DNA of 64,000 nucleotides from the human T2T-CHM13v2.0 reference genome, Homo sapiens: assembly GCF_009914755.1 (NCBI RefSeq), contig NC_060947.1. The stretch is one strand, 5' to 3'. The translations under genes were made by a program, and so were the position numbers. A model generated the notes under the pieces. That model worked only from the letters and a program-made list of their open reading frames with translations. It made no database searches and was not told where the DNA came from. Each line of letters starts with the position of its first letter. Positions within the stretch are counted from its first letter, which is position 1. Positions 13,311-26,621 of the stretch are shown here, piece by piece.

Positions 13311-15105
13311 TATATACAGTAAAAAAAAAAAAAAAAAAAAAAAAGGTTAGTGTGACTTGCATTGTCTGAAACAGCTCCTACATCTATAGTTTCTTACCCC
13401 TGAAGCTGTTTGAAAAATGAAAAAGTGATTCTAACACATCCCAAACCTGAAGTCCAACATGAGGCTTTGCTTACTGTTCTCGATTCCTTCACAAAGGAAT
13501 CAAAGAGATCATGACACATGACACAGTGTTGTGTATACATAGAAGACACTACAAAGAGAAGCAAATCAGCCATCCTGCCAAACCAGAAATTTAGTGTCTG
13601 GATTATGAGAATTTTCTCTGGGAGGTATTAGATAGACTTGAAGAGCCACAAAGAATTAAAATCTGTATGTTTGGAAAGAAAATTAACTTCAATTATTTGG
13701 TCTTCTGAAACCATTATAGTTATGAACTTCATTAGTTCCATGCAGAAAGTTTCTTTACAGGAAAGTTTGGTGTGTATATGTGGAGGGAAGGGTTTGGGAA
13801 GGGGTTCTGCTTATTTTCTGTATTTATTTTTATGACAAGAATAAGCTCTTTGTGCTGATTTCAACTCTCTCTAAAAACAAAGCGGAAACAAGCACCATAA
13901 CAGAGAAAAAGAATGAGTGAGCGAGACAGAGAGAGAGATAGGAAATACATTTGCTCCAGGCTTTCTACCTAGGAAGATTATTGATTCTTGCTTTTATATA
14001 TGTAAAAACATGTATAATTGACTTGAAAACGCTAAAGTTAATATTTCTACCTAACTGTCATTCTCTGGTATATAATCCCTGTTATTATCTCTTATTTTCA
14101 TTCTGTTAACATTTCTGGAAATAGTGTACATATTGAAAAGAGCACAGGTAGGTGTAATGAATTTTCTCTAAGTAAACACACTCATGTAACTAACTAGATA
14201 CAAAATTGGCAGTACCCCCATAAAGTCTGCATGCTCCCTTCTATTCACTAACCTCAGTTCCCCAAAGGTAAGCACTCTCCCAGTTTCTAACACCAGAGAT
14301 TAATTTGCCTGTTCCTGAGTTTACTGTAAATGAAATCTTATTGTGTGTACTCATTGGGTCTGCCTTCCTTTTCTCAATATTGCCTTTGTGAGATTCAAAT
14401 AAAACACATGATATTGTGTGTGGCCCTAATTTTTTCATTTTCATTCCCTTGAATGAATTTACTTCAACTTATTTAACTGTTCTAGTATTAATGGATCTTT
14501 GGATTGCTCCCAGGATTTTCATTTTGTCTTGCTTTTTCTTACTATTGTGAACAATCATGTAATGAACATTGTACATATTTTGTGCATCACGAATGTAGGC
14601 ATTTTGTTGGGTTTGTTGCTAGGAATGGAATTGATGGGGCATGCGATATGCAGATGTTCAGCTTTAGTAGATACTGCCAAGCAGTTCTCCAAGGAACAAA
14701 GTGTATCAATTTACACTCCCAACAACAGTGTGTGAGGCTTCCAGTTACTCCACGTTCTCACCGGCATTTGGTATTATTAATTGTTTCAATTCTACTTATT
14801 CTGGATAGTCTGAATTCATTGTGATTTTACTTTGCATTTCCCTGAGGTCTAATGAAATTAAGCATCTTTATATATGCTTATAGGCTATTTGGCTATTCTT
14901 GTTAGTTAAGTGCCTGTTCAAGACTTTCGCGTTTTTTTTCCTGAGTTGTCTCCCTTGTTCTCATTGATTTGCAGGAGATCTTTCTGAATTTTATGAACAA
15001 GCCCTTTGACACTTATATGTATTCCAAATATCTTCTAACAATCGGTGGCTTGCCTTTTTACTCTCTTAATGGTTCTTGTGATGAAATTACTACCTTAAAA
15101 AATAT

Positions 15106-15229
15106 AGCCTGGTGTGGTGGCACACACCTGTAGTCCCAGGTACTCGGGAAGCTGAAGTGGGGGAATCACTTAAACCCAGGAGTTCCAGTCCAGCCTGGAC
15201 AACATAGCGAGACCCCATCTCTAAAAAAA
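15106..15229 (+). mobile_element. FLAM (free left Alu monomer)
   Basis: GGTGTGGTGGCACACACCTGTAGTCCCAG...CCAGCCTGGACAACATAGCGAGACCCCATCTCTAAAAAAA, single monomer. Confidence 0.88.
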
Positions 15230-17197
15230 TGACTATCACTTTTTTCTTTCTGGTGTTTTTGTGTCTTGTTTAAGAAATCATTACAGTATCATGTCTATTA
15301 CAATATCATGAAGCTATTCTATTCTTTTTCTGGATGATTTATTTAGCTTTTCATCATTAGATCTACAATCCTCCTGGAATTGATATTGGTGTGTGGTATA
15401 AGGTGATTAAGATGATTTTTTTTCCATTTATTAAAAGGACCAGACTTTTTCTCATACTGTTATATTACAACCTTTATTGTAAATCAAATGTCCATATATT
15501 TGTCAGTCGATTTCTAACTCTATTATTTTCTATTGGTCTATTTGTCTATCCTTGCAGAGATACCACACTGTCTTAATGTAGTCTTACAGTAAGTCTGATT
15601 ACTAGTGGTGACAAGCTTCTAGCTTTGTTTCTCTCATACAAGATTGTCTTGACTTTTATTGGGTCTTTAATTTTTTTCTGCATCTATTGTGATAATCGTG
15701 ACTTTTTCTTCTCCTTTATTCTGCTACATTAGTGAATGAATTGACTGATTTCTCTAACGTTAGCCAACCTTGCACTCATACAAGAAACTCTACTTGGTTA
15801 TGATATTCATTTTATATATCACATAATCTGATATGTCAATATCTTACTTAAGATTTACATATATTATATATATATTTACGACAGAAAATTTGCGTAACTT
15901 TTCTTTCTTGAAAGTTCTTCGTCAGACTTTGGTAACAAGGTTATGCTGGTCTCATAAAACTAGTTGAGAAATATCTTTTTGTCCTTATTCTCTGGAAGAC
16001 ATGTTTTTACATTGATTCCTTAAATCTTTGAACAGATCACTTTGGCCTGGAATTTTCTCTTTGGGAAGGTTTTAAATTGCAATTCAATTCTTAGCATGTA
16101 TTTATATAGATTTTCTACTCATTGCCAAAAAGTTGTTCAAAATACCCTCTCGTTATCTGAAATTTCTGTAGCCATGTCCCCTTATATATTTGTTATATTT
16201 ATTATTTCACACTTTTTTCTTCATTCACTTTGCCAGGGGTTTAACTATGTCATTTGTTTTTTCAAAGAGCCACCTTATGCATTTTTTCTTCATTACTGAA
16301 CAATTACTTTCATTTCAGTACTTTCTGCTTTTTGTTATTTACTTCCTTTGAATTTAATCTGATGTTTACTTTTACTAATACCTGGAGAAGAATACTTATA
16401 TTGTCGATCGGCAGAGTTTTGCTTCTTTTCTAATAACGTCTTTATGGGCTATACATTTTACTCTATGTATGGCTTTAGTTTTATATGTAGTATTTTCATT
16501 ATCTTTCAGTTCAAACCATTTTCTAAATATCCATTGTAATTCCTTCAATGATCCACGTGTTATTTAAAATTATATTGCTTAATTTCCAAACACATGGGCC
16601 CTTTTTTGGTTATACTTTCTGTTACAGATTTCTAGCTTAATTATGTTAGGTTCAGAAAATATACTCTGTGCCATTTCAGCCTCTTGAGATTTGTTGAGAC
16701 TTACTTTCTGCCCAAGTATATGGTTAGTGTTGCACATGAAAAGAATGTGTATTCTGTAATTGTTGAGTGCTAAATTCTCTATGTATCAATTAAGTCAAGT
16801 TGTGAATCATGTGTTCTAACTTTCCATGTTACCCGATTTTCTTTTGGTTTATCAGTTACTAACAGAGATGTGTTTAAATTCTCTGCCGTGATTGTAGATT
16901 TGTTTATTGTTCCTAGTGTTTATCTCAGTGCTTTTAAAAAAATATGTTAGATGCTCACAAATATGAAATTGTTTAATCCTCATGGTAAACTAAATGTTTT
17001 ACCACTATGAATTGTTCTTCCTTTTCTCTAGTTATTTTAGTAAAATTATTTCACCTTTCTTTTGGTTAGTGTTTGAAATGTTCCCTCTCACTCTTTTATG
17101 TTCAACCTATCTGTATCTTTGAATTTAAACTCTCTTGTAAGTAGCTTAGTCATTGTTTTCTTTTAGTTGAAGTTTTTCGTACATAATGGAAGTATTT

Positions 17198-17399
17198 GGT
17201 ACATATAACTTAATGTGATTACAGATATATTTAGTATCAAATCTACTATTTTATTCTATCTGTCATTGTTGTATGTCCCCTTTGCTCTTCTCTCATGCGG
17301 TACATATAACTTAATGTGATTACAGATATATTTAGTATCAAATCTACTATTTTATTCTACCTGTCATTGTTGTATGTCCCCTTTGCTCTTCTCTCATGC
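17198..17399. repeat. 101-bp direct tandem duplication (2 copies, 1 mismatch)
   Basis: GGTACATATAACTTAATG...CTCTCATGC at 17198-17298 and 17299-17399. Confidence 0.97.
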
Positions 17400-20300
17400 T
17401 TCCTGTGGGTTTTTTTTAATATTTCATTTTTTTACCTTCTGTTAATTTATTAGTATGCTGTCTTTTAGTATCACTTCACAATTTACTCCAGGAATTATAA
17501 CCTGCATTCGTAACTTTTCAAACTCTAAAATAAATTAGTAATTTTATAGTTTCCTGAATAATGGAAGGACCTTATAAAACTTTAACTCCTTTTACTCCTC
17601 TCCTGCTTTTATGCTGTTCTTTTTTGAATTTTAAATCTGTTTATATTCAAAACAGTCTAAGACATAACTGTTGTGTTATGCAGTCAGATTTATTTAGGTT
17701 TACCCATATATTTACTCTTTCCACTGTTTTTCGTTCCTTATTGCATCTGTATCCTTCTCTGTGGGATTTATTTACCTTCTCTTTTGTAGTCTCTATAGTG
17801 TATATCTGCATTTAGTTTTACTGTGAAGAATACCTTGATTAGATATTGATTTCTAGGTTGGCAATTATTTTTCTTTGGCACTTTGAGGAAATATTTTGTT
17901 ACACAGTTAACTATCAGTCTTATTTTGCTCTTTGAAGGAAGCACATCTAATTTCCTTCTAGGGTTACTTCAGATTTAAGATTTTCTTTTTGAGTTTCATT
18001 TTTAGCAGTTTTATGATATGCTCAGATGTTGTTTTATTTCTAAATAATAATATGGTTATCTTTGCATATAACTTGCTTGGAGTTTGTAATGCTTGTTTTG
18101 AATGTGACTTCATAGCTTTAATCAATTTTGGAAAATTCTGTGCCTTTGTGTCTTTAAGCATGGCGCTTTCCATATTTGACTCTTTCCTCTCCTGGGATTC
18201 CAGTTGAATTCATGCACCACCTTTTCACTATTACATTATTATGCTATTTTTGTATTTTCCATCCTTTGTCTCTTTGTGATCCAGTCTGGATATTTACTCT
18301 TGCCCTGTATTACATACAGTTAACAAATTCTCTCTTCAGTTGTGTCTAATCTCCTAATAAGCCTAACCAGCAAGTTTTTATTTCAGTTATTGTATTTTTA
18401 AATTTTAGAATCTTAATTAAGACCTACTAGTTGTCTGTTCATATTTTATTTTCATTTAATCTTTTGAATATAGTTATCAAAGTAATGACACAGTTTGTGT
18501 TAAGTAACTTAGCTAGGTCTCAGATTAGTCTGTTTTTATTGTTCTTGTTTTCCCTTGAATTTTGGTGAATTCTGGTCTTTTGCAGGCTAGTTGGCTTTGA
18601 TTAAATACGAGGTATTGTATACAAATAATTGTAGATATAATTTGACATTTGGGATGATGTTATTGTCCCTCAAAAAGGATATGCTTTTTCTCCCCCCGGC
18701 ATGTAAGTTAGGCAGGAACAGATCACATTAATGCAATTAGGAGTTGAGCTGATTCAAGGCTGAATTTGTACAGCTGCGAGAGCTCCTCTAATTTTCATTT
18801 TATTCTCAATCCTAGGGTATACCCTTTGAGAACCTCAACTAAATTCTTGCGTATTTACCAGGGCATCTTTACCTTGGCGGGCTTCGAACTCGTTTTTTCC
18901 CTCCCCGTCTTCATGAGATAACAGGAGTTATGCATAGCTTCTTAGTCTGTCCAAGTTTAGAATTGGAAAACACCTCAAGAAGAAAAGCGGCACCAATGAT
19001 AAGACTTCTCTTCTCTGTGGGCTTCCTTTCTCTCTGGGTTATTGATTCCTCACTTCTTTCTGCCTTGGCAGTTCTCTAATACCTTTAAACAGATCTTAAA
19101 ACATTTTTATACACTGTTTTTTTTCCTAGTTTTGCTTGTTTGTACTATTGGACTTACAGGCTAGCTAGCCTGCCATTTTGTTTTAACCATGTCTCAAATT
19201 AATCATTATTAATTTTTTTCAGTAAATGCTTATTATAATTACCTATGTGTGTGTCCATATCTTTGCACACCACTGCCCTTTAAAACATTTTGAGATATAT
19301 TATACCTTAAAAGAATGCATAAAATGTATCTTGTAGGTATTTTCACACGTTTGTACATATGCATGCATACATTTGTTCACCATATGACAAATCACCATAT
19401 TGTACACTTATGGTTTGAATACTTTTCTGTATATGTTGTATTTCAATTAAATATTTTAGATTAAAAATCTATATAATTTAAAGAGTAAGAATAAATAGCG
19501 TTGTACTTATTACTAAAGTTAAAATAATTTATAGTATCTTAAATGCTTCCAGTGTGCCTCTCACCAATTGTATTTCCCTCTCCTGTCACTTCCAACAGGG
19601 GTAACAGGTATCCTAAACTTGAGGCTTATGAGGATTTTCTATTTTTTTATATACACATAGCTAAAATATACATTATTTTGCTTCCCTGGTATTGAACCTT
19701 ATATAAATGGGATTATACAATATTTTATTCTTCTGTGACTTGCTTCCTTTGCTCCCATTATGTTTCTGAGATTTAGAGATGCTGATGTGTGGCAGTAATT
19801 CATTGCCCCGTGTTATCCCAATGCATGAATACATCATCATATATTCACCCATTCTACTTCTGTGCACATTTGTTTTCCCACAGGTTTTTGCTATTGTGTA
19901 CAACGTAGCTATAAACATATTTGTATGTATCACCTGGTTATATGTACAAAATTTTTTCTAGGACATATAACCAAATATAGAATAGCTGAGTCACGGGATA
20001 TGTGCACATAATGCGGAAAATTGGTTTCTAGAATATTTACATCAACTTAAATTTCCACTAAAAGTAAATGAGAGCTTCTGTTGGCCCTATTTTTCTTCCC
20101 ATTCATTTATCAATTACTGATAGAGAAGTGTTTAGATAAACTGCTATACTGGTAGATTTATCAATTTATCTTGAAGCTTGGTCATTTTTGCTGCGGTTAT
20201 TTGGAGATGGCATTCTTAGGTATGTACAAGTTTCAAATTGTTAAATTTTCTAGCGAATTGATCTTTCTGTCATTACCAAAAGACTTACTGTTCTCCCACC

Positions 20301-20538
20301 CCACCTTTTGTGAATACAATGAAATCAGCTTTCTTTTACTTAGTATTTGCCTTAGTATTTGCCTCTTTCCCTTACCATGTCCTTATGTTTTAGATGTGTC
20401 TATTGTCAACAGTATAGAGCAGAGTTTTATAAATGTATGTGTTTTAAATCCAACTGGCAGTGTTTGTTTCTTAATTGAAACATTTAACAATATTTATAAG
20501 TACTGACATATTTATATTTATTTATATAGGTAAATTAA

Positions 20539-21008
<470 letters not shown>

Positions 21009-21789
21009 TTAAGAAAATATAGAAGCAATCAAAATTTATCCTTTTGAAACAAGACAAGGACCTTAGAAAACTCTAATGTGATTATCTTTCCTAAGGTATG
21101 TTATTTCTGTCAAGTGTTCTGATTTTACCTATTTCCCCACACAAGCACAAATTGGATGTTATAGTTATACCATCTCCAATCTTGGACCTTGAATATGGGA
21201 CCATTTCCATTTGTCTAAAATATATGGTTTGAATTTTATTTTAGATAGGGTCTTTTTGAAGTAAACTCTCTCAGTCCTGTTTGAAAATGTTTTCATTTGG
21301 TTGTTTCTCCCAAAATACATGTTTGTTTGGTATAGTTGTTTTTTCACTTAGCAGATTGACAATATTATTCCAGTGTCTTCTAGCTTACATTGTTGCTACT
21401 CAGGTGGTAGCTATCTGTCTAATTACTCTGGCTTTGTAGGTTATCTGTCTTTCCTGTCTGGTTGATTTTAAGATTTTCCCCCTTTTACGGTGTTCTACAG
21501 CTTCACTATGATGTGTCTCGATATATGTTTAATTTTACATATTCTGTAGAGCTTCACTGGGCTTTCCAGATTAGAGAACTGGTGTTCTCTTGTTAACCAC
21601 ATTTTGAACGTTTTCAGCCATTGTGTTTTTGAATATTGCCTTTTCTACTTTCTACTATCTCCTTCTGGATTACCAGTTAGATCTCTTATTCAAACTTTCA
21701 CTCTTTCATGTATTTTAACCTGTCACATTTTCCAACTTTGATCATTTTAGGCCACATTTTGTGCCATTTGCTTAGATCCATATATCATT

Positions 21790-22474
21790 TATGTTTTATT
21801 GATATATAATAGTTGTATATATTTTGGGGGTACATGTGATATTTTGATAGCTGTATACACTGTCTAATGATCACATCAGGGTGACTGGGATATGCACCAC
21901 CTCAAATATTTGTCTTTTGTGTTGGGAACATAAACCTTCTAGCTATTTTGAAATATACAACAAATTAGTTCTTTTATCTAGCTGTATTTTTGCACCCCTT
22001 AACTTCTCTTCATCCTTTTCTCCCCCTTTCCCTTCACAGCCTTTGGCAACTACCATTCTATTCTTTACCTCCATGAGATTCACTGTTTTAGCACCCATAT
22101 ATGAGTGAGAACATGTGCTATCCATGTGATATTTGTCTTTCTGTGACTGGTTTATTTCACTTAAATTAATGTCCTCCTGTTCCATCCATGTTGCTGCAAA
22201 CGTCAGGACTTCATTTTTGTGGCTGAATAATATTCCATTATGTATACACACATTTTCTTTATCCACTCATCTGTAGATGGGGGCATTTAGGTTGATTTCA
22301 CATCTTAGCTATTGTGTAGTGTTGCAATAAACATGGGAGTACAGATATCTCCTCGATATACTGATTTCCTTTCTTTTCATATATACCCAGCAGTGAGATT
22401 GCTGGATCATATGGTAGTTCTATTTTTAGTTTTTTTTGACAAAACTCCATGCTGTCTTCCACAATGGCTATACT
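21790..22474 (-). mobile_element. L1MA-type 3' end
   Basis: Minus ORFs 21943-22266 and 22298-22495 give ORF2p C-terminal peptides (ELPYDPAISLLGIY, FAATWME); L1MA 3'UTR. Confidence 0.88.
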
Positions 22475-22604
22475 TAGGTCTATGTTTTTATTCAATATCT
22501 TTTATTTTCATTTAGTTCATATCTGTTGTTGATACAAAATTCACTTCAATTTTTAATTATTTTACTTAAAATGTTCTATTTGAATCTTGGCCAAATTTGC
22601 TTAA

Positions 22605-22912
<308 letters not shown>

Positions 22913-23918
22913 TGCTTAATTTTTTTTTTTTTTAGTTTGTATATTGCTCATATTTCTGAGCTTTTTTCTTTAATAAGATTAAATATTGCTCTTTTATATT
23001 CTGTATTGATAATTTCGATATCTGAAAGTTTTTTAGATCTGTTTCTATTGCTTGTGTTTTGTTGGTTCTCATCCATTATGCCTTGTTTCCTCATGGATTT
23101 TGTAATTTATTTTAACTGTGAGTTCCTCTTTTTTCTTTGAAACTTTATGGGAATTCTTTGTAGTAGGTTGAAATAGGCCTTTTCCAAAGTAGATTAAATA
23201 TACACAAGGTACATAAACAGATGTATAATTGCTAAGACATATGATAATCTCCTGTAGTTCACTAGCTATTGCCATATTATCCTCCAAAGTGTTTATACCA
23301 ACTTACGCTTTCCCCCATAAGTATATGAAAGTTTCTATTCTCCACATTTCAGATGCCCGGTATTATTTGATTATCCTTTATAACTGCTCATCTGGTAATT
23401 AGGGAGTTATATCTCATTTCTGTTTTATTTGCAATTCCATGATGGTCAGTGAGGCTAAGTATCTTTTCACATATTAAACGGTCATACAGATTTTCTCACT
23501 TGTGAATTTTCTCTCCAATCCTCTACCAGGTTTATAACTTATTCTGTAATGATGTTAGGAATTTTAAAAAGATATTCTTGAAAATATTTATTTATTGGTC
23601 ATATGTACTGCAAATATCTCCTGGGTTTAAATTTTATTACTTCTTTTGTCATTTTACAAATTTTAATTTTAACATGGATTTTATCCACTTTTTTAATTTA
23701 TAGGATATGTAATATAGGATTTTGTATCTTAAGTAGTTCTTCATTATCATGTCATAATGTTTTGCCTTTCTTATTTAGGACTTGAATCCAACTGGAAAAC
23801 ATTTTATGATGGGAGCTATAGTGACTTGATTTTATTTTCATGAAGATATGAAAGCATACTCTATATAAGCATTTCTTTGAAAGTCATCTACGTAAAACAT
23901 TAACCTCTCTCGCTCGCT

Positions 23919-23944
23919 CTGTGTGTGTGTGTGTGTGTGTGTGT
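23919..23944. repeat. (TG)n microsatellite
   Basis: Direct observation. Confidence 0.95.
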
Positions 23945-25687
23945 AGGCCTTTTATTCTATTCCATTAACGTTTGTCTAGCACTTTGTCACTATCATCGAG
24001 TTTTGATTAATAGATGTTTATGTAATCAGCCTTGACACATGGCAAGGGAGAAAGGAATCTGATCTTATTCTTACTCTTTTATTTTTCCAAATTGTTTTTT
24101 CTAGGTCCTTTCCTTTTCCATATGAATTTCAGCTAACTTGCCAAATTCTCAGGACTTTGTTAAAATTACACTGAATTTATAGATTACTCTGAGGCAAAAA
24201 AACAAAATCTATTCAATATTGAATTTTACCACCATAAAACATGGTATGGGTTTCCATTCAATCATATCATCCTTTATATTGTTGAATTACATTTTAAAGA
24301 CTCTAGAAACATTATTATACAAAATTTGGTGGAGCTATTTCTTGTCTTTTTAAAAATGTAATTGTTATCTTGGATGAAATATTTATTGATATTTTCTATT
24401 TTAATGAACTATGGCGATGCCATAGATTTTTGTGGCTAATCTTATATACAGAAGCCTTGCTGTTGGTGTTAAGAGTTTTAGAAATGTCTTAAATTTTCAT
24501 GTAGCCAATCATATTATTTATGATAAACAATTCTGCCTTTTTATTTTCAGAGTTTATCCCTCTTACTTCTAGAGCAATTGAATTGGCTAAGATCTTCATT
24601 ACAATGATAAGTGTTAAGGATCATAGTAAAAATAGTTATGACAACTCTAAAATTTTAATGTTAGCTATAATATTTACTATAAGAGTTAAAGTTTACAACA
24701 AAGGATTTTGAATATTATTGAATTATTTTTCCCTACTTTTATTGGGATGATTCTTTTCTACTTTAATTTTTTATTAAAAGATTATATTTCATTATATTCA
24801 AGATTTTAAAACCTGAACTATTCTTGAATTTGGGGAATACACACTCCTTTACTTGTTCATTATACATTTTAATACATAGCTGAATTATATTTTGTAATAA
24901 ATTATCTGTATTTTTGCATCTATGTTCAGTTATATTTGCTTATAATATCCTTAAATTGTACTGAAATTTTCTGTTTTAATATATTTCTGGTTTAATATAT
25001 TTTATTATATTTTATAAAAATAATTGAATATATTTACCTTTTATATTTTTGCAAGTGCTTGTATAAGATGAATATCTTTTCCTGTGAAACTGCAACTGAT
25101 ACCTTGCATGGGGATGAGGAATAGTTTTGATTTCTTATTTAATTTTTAAAAAATTGTTGATTTGATTAGGTTTTGTCTTCATTAACCAATTTTGTAACAT
25201 GCTTTTTAAGAAAATTATTTTGTTCTAAGTTTAAAAATGTATTGGCATAAAATTGTTTATGATTCTCTTATTTTTAAAATCCCCACTCTAACTATAGTTG
25301 CATCCCCCTATAAGAATCTGTACAAATTCTTTCTTACTTTTTAAAAATTTCAGTCTTTTTTTTTTTATTGAATGAGCCTGCTATGGGCTTGTCCATTTCA
25401 TTCAGTTTTTAAAAGTACCAAGTCTGGGTTATATTATTTCTCTTTTTATCCCTATTGTATTTTAAATATATATTTTGCTTTTGTTGTCATCATTTCCTTC
25501 CTATTTCTTCCTTTAAGTTTGCTACATATTTTTCTCTTAAGTTTGAATTCTTATTTTTTTTTTCTGGTACCTAATAATAGCACAGTATTAGCTTTATTGT
25601 ATTAACTAATATCATCATCATCATCATCACTATTTTTTTTTCCGTATCATGCCAACTGAATTCTTATTTTTAAAAACCTAAACAATC

Positions 25688-26049
25688 AGCCATAAAAAAG
25701 AATGAGTTCCTGTCCTTTGCAGGGACGTGGATGAAGCTGGAAACCATCATTCTCAGCAAACTAACACAGGAACAGAAAACCAAACACCGCGTGTTCTCAC
25801 TCATAAGTGGGAGCTGAACAACGAGAGCACATGGACACAGGGAGGGGAACATCATACACCGGGGCCTGTCGGGGGGTGGGGGACAAGAGGAGGGAGAGCA
25901 TTAGGACAAATACCTAATGCACGCAGGGCTTAAAACCTAGATGATGGCTTGATAGGTGCAGGAAACCACCATGGCACATGTATACCTATGTAACAAACCT
26001 GCACGTTCTGCACATGTATCCCAGAACCTAAAGTATAATAAAAAAAAAA
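25688..26049 (+). mobile_element. L1PA (PA7/8-like) 3' end with A-tail
   Basis: CAGCCATAAAAAAGAATGAGTTCC...CCCAGAACCTAAAGTATAATAAAAAAAAAA. Confidence 0.93.
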
Positions 26050-26408
26050 TAAGCACATATTTATAGCACATAAAGCTATAAATTTACCTCTGAGTATTGC
26101 TTTGTTTGCCTTTCACAAGTGTTACTATGGAGGATTTTCACTGTCTTTTTGTATACTTACAGTTTTTTAAAAATTCGGACTCACTCTTAATTCACGTATT
26201 ACTTAGAAGTGCCTATTTCAGTTTCCAAATTTGTATGTCTTTTGTGTGACTACCATTTTCTTGTTAGTTTAAATTTAAGTGACTTGTAGTTAGAGAATTT
26301 TGTTTGTCTTATATAATTTGGGGGAGGATTTCTTAAGATTTATTTTGTCTTCAGATGTTTAATGTGTTTTAGAAACAATTTATAGCCCTTTATAGTGGAT
26401 GCAGGGTT

Positions 26409-26621
26409 ATATATACACATATATACACACACACATATATACATAACTACACACATATATATATATACATAAGTACACATATATACATGATGTATATATG
26501 TACACACACATATACATCGATGTATATATGTACACACACATATACATCGATGTATATATCTACACACATACATATCTACATCGATGTATATATGTACACA
26601 TATACATATATACATATATAT
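26409..26621. repeat. TA/CA-rich low-complexity repeat with an internal 30-bp unit GATGTATATATGTACACACACATATACATC
   Basis: Direct observation; unit repeated around 26489-26548. Confidence 0.9.

Noticed and set aside
26340-26615. Cys/Tyr/His-rich ORF
   Set aside because: Translation of a TA/CA low-complexity repeat.
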